A stretch of DNA of 58,492 nucleotides from an uncultured Atopobium sp. (lineage in GTDB: Bacteria; Actinomycetota; Coriobacteriia; Coriobacteriales; Atopobiaceae), in assembly GCA_938028635.1 (NCBI GenBank), contig CALIZK010000032.1, positions 1-58,492 of the forward strand, in the 5' to 3' direction. The position numbers and the translations under genes were made by a program. The notes under the pieces were generated by a model. The model was not told where the DNA came from. It made no database searches and saw only the letters and a program-made list of their open reading frames with translations. Shown piece after piece: positions 1 through 9,740 of the stretch (its first letter is position 1; each line of letters begins with the position of its first letter).

Positions 1-111
1 CCAACCATCTTCCTGGGCTTCATTGTCATCTTTATTGCAATCTTTATCAGTGAGCTTGGCGAGAAACCCGCAGATTCTGAAGACTTTTCTGAAAAATAGA
101 AACTCACTAGT
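1..111 (+). CDS. C-terminal fragment of a membrane protein (DMT/EamA-like transporter?)
   Basis: Frame 1 reads PTIFLGFIVIFIAIFISELGEKPADSEDFSEKIETH*: a hydrophobic helix plus acidic tail, followed by a terminator; truncated by the window edge. Confidence 0.5.
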
Positions 112-125
112 ATGTCAACCTCAAC

Positions 126-153
126 AAAAAAGCCCGCATAAGCGGGCTTTTTT
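126..153. terminator. Bidirectional intrinsic terminator
   Basis: A6-GCCCGC-ATAA-GCGGGC-T6 between convergent genes. Confidence 0.85.
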
Positions 154-173
154 ATGTGAATCTTTGACAAATC

Positions 174-716
174 TTATATTCCACGCGTGCTAAGAATAGG
201 TCCGTCAGTCCAAAGGGTAATCTCACCAGAAGCAAGCGTCTTTGGAACATCTATCAAGCGCTGATTAGAAGAACCTCTAAACCGCAGAGTAATATCGTGG
301 AGGCTCTGAACCCATGGACCATCTACCAAAACATCAATACAAGACAGAATGCGATCAGTATACTCTGTATGCCACTTTCCCTCGGTCAACTGATCCCAGG
401 TGTGTCCTGAGTACATCCAGATAGTCTTCTGAGGATAGGTAGCTCTGACCTTCTCGACAAACTCAACAAGACCTTCTTGGTTTTCTGGCTCAAAAGGCTC
501 TCCACCAAGGATGGAAAGACCGTTGATATAGACAGGTGCAAGAGAGTCAATAATCTCTTGCTCAACTTCTGGAGTAAACTCTCCGCCGCTCTTGAAGTCC
601 CACGCCTCGTAATTAAAGCAGCCTTCACAGTGCAGACGGCAGCCTGAAACAAACAGAGTTGTTCTTACGCCAACACCATTTGCAATATCTGAAAACTTAA
701 TATTTGAATAGTTCAT
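174..716 (-). CDS. nrdG: Anaerobic ribonucleotide reductase activating enzyme (radical SAM)
   Basis: NGxGVR..LFVSGCxxxCxGCFN motif, LVDG and FRGSSNQR; next to nrdD; start set at MNYS. Confidence 0.95.
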   Translation of the reverse strand: MNYSNIKFSDIANGVGVRTTLFVSGCRLHCEGCFNYEAWDFKSGGEFTPEVEQEIIDSLAPVYINGLSILGGEPFEPENQEGLVEFVEKVRATYPQKTIWMYSGHTWDQLTEGKWHTEYTDRILSCIDVLVDGPWVQSLHDITLRFRGSSNQRLIDVPKTLASGEITLWTDGPILSTRGI

Positions 717-775
717 ACATAACCTTTGATGGGTAACTTCCACATATTGTGGATGTTACCTGATAGAGATAATAA

Positions 776-813
776 AAACGAGCAGAAGGGCCAAAGCACT
801 CTTCTGCTCGTTT
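776..813 (-). terminator. Intrinsic terminator after nrdD
   Basis: AAACGAGCAGAAG...CTTCTGCTCGTTT stem followed by a T-run on the minus strand. Confidence 0.7.
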
Positions 814-829
814 GTCTGGTACTTAAAAC

Positions 830-3052
830 TTAGAGGTGAAGGACGCGGTCCTTAATCTCCTGAGTACGGCCCTGGTTCCAGAACTGGGTACCAATGTAGC
901 CGCAGGTACGACGAGCAACGTTCATCTTGGTCTGATCACGGTTGCCGCAGTGTGGGCACTCCCAAACCAGCTTACCGTCCTCCTCGACAATCTGAATCTC
1001 ACCGTCATAACCGCACTCCTGGCAGAAGTCAGACTTGGTGTTGAGCTCTGCATACATGATGTGGTCATAGATGAACTGCATGACGCTGAGGACAGCCTCG
1101 ATGTTGTCCTGCATGTTAGGAACCTCAACGTAAGAGATTGCTCCACCTGGGGAAAGACGCTGGAACTCAGACTCAAACTGAAGCTTCTGGAATGCGTCAA
1201 TCTCTTCTGCAACGTGGACGTGGTAGCTGTTGGTGATGTAGCCCTTATCGGTGATGCCAGGGATAACACCAAAGCGGCGCTGAAGTGCCTTAGCAAACTT
1301 GTAGGTAGTGGACTCAAGAGGAGTTCCGTAGAGGGAGTAATCGATATCCTCTGCTTCTTTCCACTCGGTGCACTTATCGTTCATGTGTTGCATAACCTGG
1401 AGTGCAAAAGGAGTTGCCTCTTTGTCAGTGTGGCTGTGACCAGTCATAGCCTTAACGCACTCGTATAGGCCTGCATAACCAAGGGAGATAGTGGAATATC
1501 CGCCGTAAAGCAGAGGATCGATAACCTCACCCTTGTCCAGGCGAGCAAGTGCGCCGTACTGCCAAAGGATTGGAGCAGCATCGGACAGAGTGCCCTTCAG
1601 GCGATCGTGGCGAGCGCGAAGTGCACGGTGGCAAAGCTCAAGACGCTCATCAAAGATCTTCCAGAACTTGTCCATATCACGACCAGCAGAAAGAGCAACG
1701 TCAGGAAGGTTGATAGTTACAACACCCTGGTTGAAGCGGCCGTAATACTTAGGCTTGTTTGGCTCATAGTTCTTTGCACGAGCAACGTTGTTGAAGCCAT
1801 TACCAGAACGGTCTGGAGTCAGGAAGGAACGGCAGCCCATGCAAGTGAAGGTATCGCCCTCGCCTTCCTTCTCGCCCTTAGAAAGCTTGTACTCCTTCAT
1901 CTTCTTCTCAGAGATGTAGTCAGGGACAAGGCGGCGAGCGGTGCACTTTGCAGCCATCTGAGTGAGGTAGTAGTACTTAGAATCCTCGTAAACGTTGTCC
2001 TCTTCAAGAACGTAGATGAGCTTAGGGAATGCAGGAGTAATCCAGACACCCTCCTCGTTCTTTACGCCCTGGTAACGCTGACGGAGCATCTCCTCGATGA
2101 TGAGTGCAAGGTCCTGCTTCTCCTGCTCATTCTTTGCCTCGTTGAGGTACATGAAGACAGTAATGAAAGGAGCCTGACCGTTGGTGGTCATCAAAGTGAC
2201 AACCTGGTACTGAATGGTCTGAACGCCACGAGAAACCTCATCACGAAGGCGCTTCTCAACCATCTCGTTGAGCTGCTCAGCAGAGAGCTCAACACCGACG
2301 GAGTTCATCTCCTCCATAACGGTCTTGCGGATCTTCTTACGAGAAACATCAACAAAAGGAGCAAGGTGAGCCAGGGAGATGGACTGACCACCGTACTGGC
2401 AGGATGCTACCTGAGCAATGATCTGAGTTGCAATGTTGCATGCAGTGGAGAAGCTGTGTGGACGCTCAATCAAAGTACCGGAGATAACAGTGCCGTTCTG
2501 CAGCATGTCATCAAGGTTGATGAGGTCACAGTTGTGCATGTGCTGTGCAAAGTAATCGGAATCGTGGAAGTGGATGAGACCCTCGTTGTGAGCAGCAACA
2601 ATATCCTCTGGAAGAAGCTCACGCTGAACGAGGTCCTTAGAAACCTCACCAGCCATGTAGTCACGCTGAACAGAAACAACGGTAGGATTCTTGTTGGAGT
2701 TCTCCTGCTTGACTTCCTCGTTGTTGCACTCAATCAGAGACAGAATCTTGTCATCGGTGGTGTTCTTGTGACGCTTCTGGTTCTGGATGTAGCGGTAAAT
2801 GATGTACTTACGAGCAACCTCAAAGCGGTCAAGAGCCATGAGCTGATCCTCGACAAGGTCCTGGACCTCCTCGACGGTGACGGTGTGTCCAGCCTTCTCG
2901 CACTCATCGGTAACGTTGAGAGAAGCAAACTGAATCTCACGCTCAGTCAGGCGCTGATCCTCAGGGACCTCTGCGTTAGCCTTAGCGATTGCGTTAACAA
3001 TCTTCTCAACCTCGAAGGTGACCTCTGAGCCATTGCGCTTGATAATCTTCAT
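830..3052 (-). CDS. nrdD: Class III anaerobic ribonucleoside-triphosphate reductase
   Basis: N-terminal ATP cone (IIKRNG), CMGCR, C-terminal CxxC..CxxC and RTCGY glycyl-radical motif; AAGGAG RBS before 3052. Confidence 0.97.
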   Translation of the reverse strand: MKIIKRNGSEVTFEVEKIVNAIAKANAEVPEDQRLTEREIQFASLNVTDECEKAGHTVTVEEVQDLVEDQLMALDRFEVARKYIIYRYIQNQKRHKNTTDDKILSLIECNNEEVKQENSNKNPTVVSVQRDYMAGEVSKDLVQRELLPEDIVAAHNEGLIHFHDSDYFAQHMHNCDLINLDDMLQNGTVISGTLIERPHSFSTACNIATQIIAQVASCQYGGQSISLAHLAPFVDVSRKKIRKTVMEEMNSVGVELSAEQLNEMVEKRLRDEVSRGVQTIQYQVVTLMTTNGQAPFITVFMYLNEAKNEQEKQDLALIIEEMLRQRYQGVKNEEGVWITPAFPKLIYVLEEDNVYEDSKYYYLTQMAAKCTARRLVPDYISEKKMKEYKLSKGEKEGEGDTFTCMGCRSFLTPDRSGNGFNNVARAKNYEPNKPKYYGRFNQGVVTINLPDVALSAGRDMDKFWKIFDERLELCHRALRARHDRLKGTLSDAAPILWQYGALARLDKGEVIDPLLYGGYSTISLGYAGLYECVKAMTGHSHTDKEATPFALQVMQHMNDKCTEWKEAEDIDYSLYGTPLESTTYKFAKALQRRFGVIPGITDKGYITNSYHVHVAEEIDAFQKLQFESEFQRLSPGGAISYVEVPNMQDNIEAVLSVMQFIYDHIMYAELNTKSDFCQECGYDGEIQIVEEDGKLVWECPHCGNRDQTKMNVARRTCGYIGTQFWNQGRTQEIKDRVLHL

Positions 3053-3185
3053 GTGCAAACTCCTTGAACAAACGTTGGTGAAAGCGACGCTTTCATGCGT
3101 GTTTAATTGGATTATCACTGCAGTTCCTAAGCTTTTGCCTAAGCGAAGTAGTTGGGAACCCGCTTGTGTGATGGAAACTACTATG

Positions 3186-3233
3186 CCACAACTTATAGTG
3201 TTTGAGTTCGATAACTATAACAATATATTGTGA
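3186..3233. promoter_or_regulatory. Tandem NrdR boxes overlapping an extended -10 (TGtTATAGT) of the nrdD promoter
   Basis: CCACAACTTATAGTGT (3186-3201) and TAACAATATATTGTGA (3218-3233) match acaCwAtATaTwGtg and are 32 bp apart. Confidence 0.8.
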
Positions 3234-3442
3234 AATTTCCACACGAATACAAAATTATGTATTGACACGTTGCGGCAACCAATATCTCTGCAGGTAGAAA
3301 ATTAGCTAAAAACTTCGCTAATTACAAAATTTATTAATGGTCAAAAAATAATTCGATTTTTTGTATGTAGGCATTCGTCGCCTTTCACAAATGCGTCACA
3401 ATTCGCCCCTCAGTACTCACTTTTGTTGAGCGTTTGGGGACT

Positions 3443-3470
3443 AAAAAAGCCGACACAAAATGTCGGCTTT
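3443..3470 (-). terminator. Intrinsic terminator after GT2 gene
   Basis: AAAGCCGACA-CAAAA-TGTCGGCTTT with A/T tails. Confidence 0.75.
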
Positions 3471-3475
3471 GATGG

Positions 3476-4465
3476 CTAGTTTAGTGGAGGCTGTGGACGC
3501 CAGGTTGCGTCCTTATAGATAAGGCGTGCATCCTTCCAGCCCTTTATAAGGCGAGAAAGGCCAGACGAGAAGTGCGCTCTATCTACCAAAATGAGTCGAA
3601 TAATCTCTTTTGCAAAGGTCAGAGCGGTACCAACACCAAAGAGCACAGGGTTGTAATCACCGTGAACCTGGAAGTAACGGGCAATATAGCCGCGGTTACG
3701 TGTGATGTAATAGCGCGTCATATCAGAGGTTGAATTAAGCTGACGCACAGAACCAATACTCTGACCAGGAACTTCTCGACATCTTGAAAGAACAAAGTCT
3801 GGAATCAAAATAGGCTGCGTTACCTTGCTGGCCAAATAGCCATACAGAGCGTCGTCCCAATAGATAAAGAAGCGCGCGTCAGGCAGACCAATCTTCTGCA
3901 CTACAGAGCGCTTAAAGCAGGCGCCCTCAAAGCACATCACATTGCACTCGCGATAAGGCACACCGTCAAAGCCAGCCTTTGCCAGCGGATTGTAGATGCC
4001 CAGGGCGGTGCTAAAGCGATACTGCCAGAAGAAAGGACCACCATCAAAGTCGTAGCGCTGACCTTGGATAACCTCAGCCTTATCTGACCATGCGTCAAGC
4101 TTATCAAGACCATCAGGCAGTACAGCTACGTCATCGTCCATAACCCAGAACCACTCGGCACCCAGCTCATAACCTACGCGCACACCCTCAGAGAAGCCGC
4201 CGGAACCACCGGTGTTTTGTTCCATAGGTACGTAACACACGCGATTAGTCCCACCGTGAGCGTCAGGATCGTCCGTGGTTTCTCCCCACGTGGTTTTGAC
4301 CTTCTCCGAAAACTCCGATACAAGCGAGGCTGTCTCAGAAGAGTTTTCGTTGTCCACAACAATGATGCGCCATGGAGCCTGCGTGAGCTGCGTAATGGAA
4401 TTAAGCAGGTTGGAAAGCAATTCCTGGCGTTTAAAGGTGACTATGACAAGGGCGGTGCGCTTCAT
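3476..4465 (-). CDS. Glycosyltransferase family 2 (GlfT1-like galactofuranosyltransferase?)
   Basis: VIVTFKR, VVDN, NTGGSGGF, WVMDDD and GLPDARFFIYWDD motifs. Confidence 0.85.
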   Translation of the reverse strand: MKRTALVIVTFKRQELLSNLLNSITQLTQAPWRIIVVDNENSSETASLVSEFSEKVKTTWGETTDDPDAHGGTNRVCYVPMEQNTGGSGGFSEGVRVGYELGAEWFWVMDDDVAVLPDGLDKLDAWSDKAEVIQGQRYDFDGGPFFWQYRFSTALGIYNPLAKAGFDGVPYRECNVMCFEGACFKRSVVQKIGLPDARFFIYWDDALYGYLASKVTQPILIPDFVLSRCREVPGQSIGSVRQLNSTSDMTRYYITRNRGYIARYFQVHGDYNPVLFGVGTALTFAKEIIRLILVDRAHFSSGLSRLIKGWKDARLIYKDATWRPQPPLN

Positions 4466-4538
4466 ATTTCCTCAAAATGTGACTTCGTGAGTGAGTTGAT
4501 GCCTATATAGTATAAAGCAGCAATCAAAAGGAGTTTAG

Positions 4539-5705
4539 ATGAGTCACGCTCAAAACCACCAACCTTTGGTTTCTCTTGTTGTGCCCATATACAACGTTGC
4601 AGACTATCTGGAGCAATGCCTGGCAAGTATTCAATCACAGAGCTACACAAACCTGGAGATTATCTGCCTAAACGATGGCTCAACTGACTCGTCTTTAGCT
4701 CTTTTGGAAGCATACGCTGCCCGTGATGGTCGCATTGTCATCATTGACAAAGAAAATGAGGGCTACGGAGCTACCTGTAATCGTGGCATTGCCGCAGCTC
4801 ACGGCTCATGGGTGGGTATTGTTGAGCCTGACGATTACCTAGAGCCAACCATGGTTCAAGAGCTCGTAGACCTTATCCAGGCAAACGGTGGAGAAAGCCA
4901 AGTAGATATTGCCCGCTCTGCCTATTGGCGCATATTTGGCAATCAGAAAAATGGCCGTGCGGGAGCAAAGTCGCAGTTTAGGGCTGCTACCGGCGCTGCT
5001 GAGTACAGGGTTCCCTGCGCATATAAGGGCCGCGTCAAACCCAAGCAGCTGCCTTGTTCAATTGATCAAATGGCACAGCTTCTGCTGCACCATCCTGCCA
5101 TTTGGACGGCGCTCTATCGCAAGGAATTCTTGACCCAAAACCACATCAACTTCAAAGAAGTCCCCGGTGCAGGCTGGGTGGACAATCCCTTCCTCATTGC
5201 CTCGCATTGCTGCGGAGCTCGCATAGTGTACGCAGACTCTGCGCTCTACAACTATCGCGAGAATGGCTATGCAGAAGCCGCTACCTTTGCGCAGCGTCAG
5301 CCTAAAATTCCGCTTGAGCGCTGGAACGACATGATGGATGTTGTGGACGCACGCAACATTACCTCAGACGTGGTACTCAACGCGCTCACACTGCGCGGCA
5401 TCAACTACGCTCTGCTTACAAAAGACGCGCTTACCTGGCGAGAAGAACATGATGCTGCAGCTGAGGTTGACTCAGAAGTGCACGATCTTCTCGCCAAGAG
5501 TTTTGAGCGCATGGACGCAAAGCGTGTGTTTGAAAACTCAGCAATCTCAGGCTCTGGAAAAGCTTTCTTTGCGCAGGTGCGAGGTATTGCTCTGCCAAAA
5601 GATAACAAGTTTGCACGCTATGCATATCTAGCCAAAGAGGGATTTTTCCGTGTCAAAAATGACGGCATAGCACAGACGTTTAAATCGCTCATGGACAGGC
5701 GTTAA
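4539..5705 (+). CDS. Glycosyltransferase family 2
   Basis: VSLVVPIYN, CLNDGSTD, NEGYG and VEPDD motifs. Confidence 0.9.
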   Translation: MSHAQNHQPLVSLVVPIYNVADYLEQCLASIQSQSYTNLEIICLNDGSTDSSLALLEAYAARDGRIVIIDKENEGYGATCNRGIAAAHGSWVGIVEPDDYLEPTMVQELVDLIQANGGESQVDIARSAYWRIFGNQKNGRAGAKSQFRAATGAAEYRVPCAYKGRVKPKQLPCSIDQMAQLLLHHPAIWTALYRKEFLTQNHINFKEVPGAGWVDNPFLIASHCCGARIVYADSALYNYRENGYAEAATFAQRQPKIPLERWNDMMDVVDARNITSDVVLNALTLRGINYALLTKDALTWREEHDAAAEVDSEVHDLLAKSFERMDAKRVFENSAISGSGKAFFAQVRGIALPKDNKFARYAYLAKEGFFRVKNDGIAQTFKSLMDRR

Positions 5706-5785
5706 GACTGGCTCTAAACACAAATCGCCAGGCTGCTCTAGAATCACACACTTAAATTTTGATGCTGCTTATGTGTCGCTGTAGC

Positions 5786-6826
5786 TTATACCAGTGGAAT
5801 GCGCATAAAACGTGCATACCATACGGCTCTGCGTACATACGCATAGCGAGCTTGTGTTGTAGTAGACAAAATAGCACCAAGCAAGGCATGAGCTACCAGT
5901 CGTGGAGAAGTCGCTTCAGTGACAATAAGGTGTGCTACAGGATTAGAAAGAATCTTGACAATAAAGTTTTCTTTTTCCTCATGGCTGAGCTGAGATTCTT
6001 CGTTGAATACAGGATACATGCTTTTAAGAAGCTTGCTGATCAGGTAGCGACTAATCAACTTTTGAACTTTTTTAGAGTTTGCAAAGCCAAGATGTTTGGC
6101 AAGAGCCATGAGCGCCTGACGCTCCTGAGTAAGTTCATCCATAGAGGCAGCAATGGTTTTTTCTTCCTTGGAAGATTCCACTGGTACATCTACAAAAATT
6201 GCTTTTGGGGCGTACGTAACATGTTTTGCAATCTCAAAGCAATAGCCAACAAAATTGCACTCGCCATCAGTTTCTGGCTCATGCTTAATCTCGGTCAGAA
6301 TACGTGTTGAGCACAGCTTTCCGCTCATAGACGTCAAATAAGGAAGCTGCGATTCCTCAAATACCTGCAACAATGTAGAGGCTTTTGCACCAAAAGCTTT
6401 TTTGCATTCCATAGGCGCATTGGCGGTTTTCATGTGCGCAATAACAATATCTGCTGCTTTAGGTGAACCAACAGGACCCAAAGCGGTAGCTGCAGAATAA
6501 AGCTCCTGTAAAACGTGGGAATTAAACCTATAAGAAGGCTCAGTGGTAAGCGTATAGGCTCCGCGAGCACGACCCTGAGCAATCTCAAGTGCAACAAAAT
6601 GGCTAATGCCCGATTGGCACAAGACATCTAAACGAGGCTCTTGATTGGCAAGGTTATCTAACATGCGAGCAATCTGGGGATCGGAACTGTTGTCAACGAT
6701 GATGAGCTCCCAATGAGGGTATGTCTGCTCTTGAAGTTGCCTAATTACCGTTCTAATAGCATCAGCATCATTATCAGCGGCCATGAGAACTGAAATCATA
6801 TGTGGATTGTATGAGCGCTCGTGCAT
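5786..6826 (-). CDS. Degenerate GT2-like protein
   Basis: ISVLM..QTYPHWELIIVDNSSD N-terminus is GT2-like, but no DxD at the expected position. Confidence 0.65.
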   Translation of the reverse strand: MHERSYNPHMISVLMAADNDADAIRTVIRQLQEQTYPHWELIIVDNSSDPQIARMLDNLANQEPRLDVLCQSGISHFVALEIAQGRARGAYTLTTEPSYRFNSHVLQELYSAATALGPVGSPKAADIVIAHMKTANAPMECKKAFGAKASTLLQVFEESQLPYLTSMSGKLCSTRILTEIKHEPETDGECNFVGYCFEIAKHVTYAPKAIFVDVPVESSKEEKTIAASMDELTQERQALMALAKHLGFANSKKVQKLISRYLISKLLKSMYPVFNEESQLSHEEKENFIVKILSNPVAHLIVTEATSPRLVAHALLGAILSTTTQARYAYVRRAVWYARFMRIPLV

Positions 6827-6998
6827 TCCACATCCCCCAAACTGGTCCTAAATTTTAGATACCAGTTTACCCATAAAAAGTGAATTAAAAAGACATTTTT
6901 ATTCTATCAAAATCTCTCCACATATCGTGTTTAACTGCTGTTATGTGGACATCTGACCTGTTTTGTAGGAGCGGCGCTACACACAACGCCCATAACGT

Positions 6999-7739
6999 CT
7001 ATACGAGCATGCCAACAAGCTTTCCTAAGGCCGTAGGGTCAACGGTAGTGCCACTTGAACCTTCAACAACAGGAGCTTCATCATGCTCAAGATTAGACAC
7101 GCCAATTGGCTGCACAATCTCTACAAGCTCAAGAAGCTGATTGGGATTCATATCGGTAATCATTGAAGACAACAAACTAGAAGCATTGCTTACCAGTGAA
7201 CGAGCGCCCGAACCAGAAAGTGCCGAGATTTTCTCCCACACATCATCTGTGGCAATGATAACGTGCGTAATCTTGATGTTGGTGACAGAAGCAAGTGCGC
7301 TAACAAAAGCGCTCTGACCGTCATCTTTGTAAATATCTGCCAGTGTTTTAGCGTTTGAGTCTACTTCTGCATACACATCAGTAGGAATAGACACTATATG
7401 GCCGGTTCCCTGCGTGCGATCAATGACCAAAAGCCGTACAGACTGAAGAGTCGAATCCCCTGCCTTAAGCGAATTTGTGCTGATAACGGCATAGGTAAGA
7501 AAGTCATCATCAGATTGTGTAGTGCCATCCGGATTGCCTGAAACACTTTGGCTCTTTACAGCCTTGTTAAGCCCATGATCTCCCAAGTGAGACTCAAGCT
7601 GCGCGCGATCCCAAAGAGTTACAACAACAATGCCTACAAGAACAGCAACAATGGCAACAACAGCAAGGCCAATCACGTTGGTATAGGGATTCTCACGCGG
7701 AACATCGCTGCGCTCAAATCTTTCTCTTTTCCTAAACAT
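6999..7739 (-). CDS. LytR-CpsA-Psr (LCP)-like membrane-anchored protein, degenerate
   Basis: N-terminal TM helix; LLVID...IVSIPTDVY resembles the LCP SIPRD motif. Confidence 0.65.
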   Translation of the reverse strand: MFRKRERFERSDVPRENPYTNVIGLAVVAIVAVLVGIVVVTLWDRAQLESHLGDHGLNKAVKSQSVSGNPDGTTQSDDDFLTYAVISTNSLKAGDSTLQSVRLLVIDRTQGTGHIVSIPTDVYAEVDSNAKTLADIYKDDGQSAFVSALASVTNIKITHVIIATDDVWEKISALSGSGARSLVSNASSLLSSMITDMNPNQLLELVEIVQPIGVSNLEHDEAPVVEGSSGTTVDPTALGKLVGMLV

Positions 7740-7937
7740 ACTGGCTCCCTGCCTCACTGTTCATCAGTTCTGCAAGAGCTCCTAAAAAAGACGCTCTCTT
7801 CTATGATGCTATTTCTTTGCGAGGGAAACCACCGCACACAATACAAGTGGTAGAAAAGACTTCGTGAACGGCGCGAGAAGACCGATGAAGCTGGATTGGC
7901 ACACAGATACTACGACGCAATCAAGGAACCGAAAGCG

Positions 7938-8834
7938 CTACCAGGGTTGCAAAACACCCTCTGGATAGCGAACGCTTACAAACGTGAGGCCCTGAGCAGG
8001 TGCACAACTGCCAGCAGCAATTCTATTCTGGGCGGCTAGAACCTCGTCGATCCACTCAACAGGCCTGTGACCTCGGCCAATCTCAACCAGTGTGCCCACA
8101 ATCGTGCGCACCATGTTATGCAAGAAGGCGTTGCCCGTAATATCAACTGCAATGAGCTTCTCGCCAGCTTCTTCAATTTCTTCAACGGTAAGGCGCTCCA
8201 CAAAACGATGCGTTGGCTTGCCCTCGGCAGAAATTGCCTTGCAGAAGCTCTTGAAATCATGCTCCCCCACCAGCGCCTGCGCCGCCTTGTCCATAAGTTC
8301 TGCGTCCAAGTGGCCGTTGTACCACCACACGTGGTCCCAGCCCAGCACGGGACGAGCGCTACCTGCACAAATGCGATAGCGATACGAGCGAGCCTGAGCA
8401 TCAAAGCGTGCCGAGAAACCCTGTGGGGCGCGGAAGAGTTGTCGGATAGAGATGTCATCGTCGGTCAGAGCGGTAAGCGAGCGGACGAGTTTCTCGCCAG
8501 ACAGCGCCAGCTCAGCGCCGTACACAGGCAGGCTCACGTACTGGGCCTGGGCGTGCACGCCGGCGTCGGTTCTGCCTGCACAGGTGAGCTCGACCTCTCT
8601 GCGCAAAACGGTCTCAAGCGCGCGGCGAAGGTCTCCTGCCACGGTGCGCTGGGTGGGCTGCTCGGCAAAGCCGCAGAATGCAGCACCGCGATAGCCCAGC
8701 TGGATAACAAGCGTGGCTTCAGGCTCAGAAGAAGCTTTAGCGAGAGTCTCAGAAGCTGAAGGCTCAGCCGAAGCCTCCTCGCATGCATCAAAACTGCAAT
8801 TTGATGCAATATTCTGTGATGTTTCTGAGTTCAT
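7938..8834 (-). CDS. truA: tRNA pseudouridine(38-40) synthase
   Basis: AGRTDAGVHA, GEHDFKSF and FLHNMVR motifs. Confidence 0.95.
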   Translation of the reverse strand: MNSETSQNIASNCSFDACEEASAEPSASETLAKASSEPEATLVIQLGYRGAAFCGFAEQPTQRTVAGDLRRALETVLRREVELTCAGRTDAGVHAQAQYVSLPVYGAELALSGEKLVRSLTALTDDDISIRQLFRAPQGFSARFDAQARSYRYRICAGSARPVLGWDHVWWYNGHLDAELMDKAAQALVGEHDFKSFCKAISAEGKPTHRFVERLTVEEIEEAGEKLIAVDITGNAFLHNMVRTIVGTLVEIGRGHRPVEWIDEVLAAQNRIAAGSCAPAQGLTFVSVRYPEGVLQPW

Positions 8835-8963
8835 GAAGCTCCCTGAAATGACTTGTGCCCACTAGAGTGATTGTATCGTAGGCTCAAAGTTGACGCACGT
8901 ATTGTAGCTGCTGGATGCAAGACCGCTACAGCAATGCAAGGCAGTACCTGCAATGCAAGATCA

Positions 8964-9740
8964 CTACAGCGTTGTAAGACCAAGGCACAGCGCTGTCCAC
9001 AGCAGCAACACTACCCAGTCAACAAGCTGCATTTTTGCAGAGATACGCGTACGTTTTGCTGCGCCAAGGCAGCGATCTGTCATTGTTTGCGCCATCTGAT
9101 CTGCGCGCTGAAAGAGCGAGACGGTCAGCGGTACCAAAAGCGTAAACCACTTTTTGATGCGCTCAACAATACCGCCCGATTCAAAATTAAATCCACGCGC
9201 CCTCTGAGCTGCTCTAATTCTATCGAGTTCTTCTAAGGTAAGCGGAATTGCCCTCAGAGCAATTGAGAGCACAATGCTCAAACCATCAACGTCAACACGA
9301 ATAAGACGCAACGGCAGCAATAGTACAGAAAAGCCATCAGCAAGCTGCGTAGGCGTAGTTGTTGACGCAACCGATAAAACCAGCGCCAAGGCAAGCAACA
9401 CGCGGGCAATAGCTACGGTGCTTCTGTAAAATCCCGCCACAGAAAGACCAACTGATCCAGAAAAAATGATATCGGGATGTCCAATAAACACCAGCGTATT
9501 GGCAACAAATGATATAAGCAAAATGAACGCTGCAGGCTTTGCTACGCGCAAAAATTCCGGCAAGCTTACACGAGCACTCCACAAAAGGCTCACGCAAATC
9601 AAAGCAAATACCACAAAAGCGAGTGGCTGTTGTACTGAGAAGAGAGCAACAATACCCACAAAAGTGGCAACGATTTTTGTCTGCGCTGTCAATGAAGCAA
9701 GCGAGAAGCGCTTAAGCAGAGCACAGGGGCACTTAGACAT
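8964..9740 (-). CDS. ecfT: ECF transporter transmembrane component T
   Basis: Multi-TM protein with AQRARG motif, next to ecfA; GGAGG RBS before 9740. Confidence 0.88.
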   Translation of the reverse strand: MSKCPCALLKRFSLASLTAQTKIVATFVGIVALFSVQQPLAFVVFALICVSLLWSARVSLPEFLRVAKPAAFILLISFVANTLVFIGHPDIIFSGSVGLSVAGFYRSTVAIARVLLALALVLSVASTTTPTQLADGFSVLLLPLRLIRVDVDGLSIVLSIALRAIPLTLEELDRIRAAQRARGFNFESGGIVERIKKWFTLLVPLTVSLFQRADQMAQTMTDRCLGAAKRTRISAKMQLVDWVVLLLWTALCLGLTTL

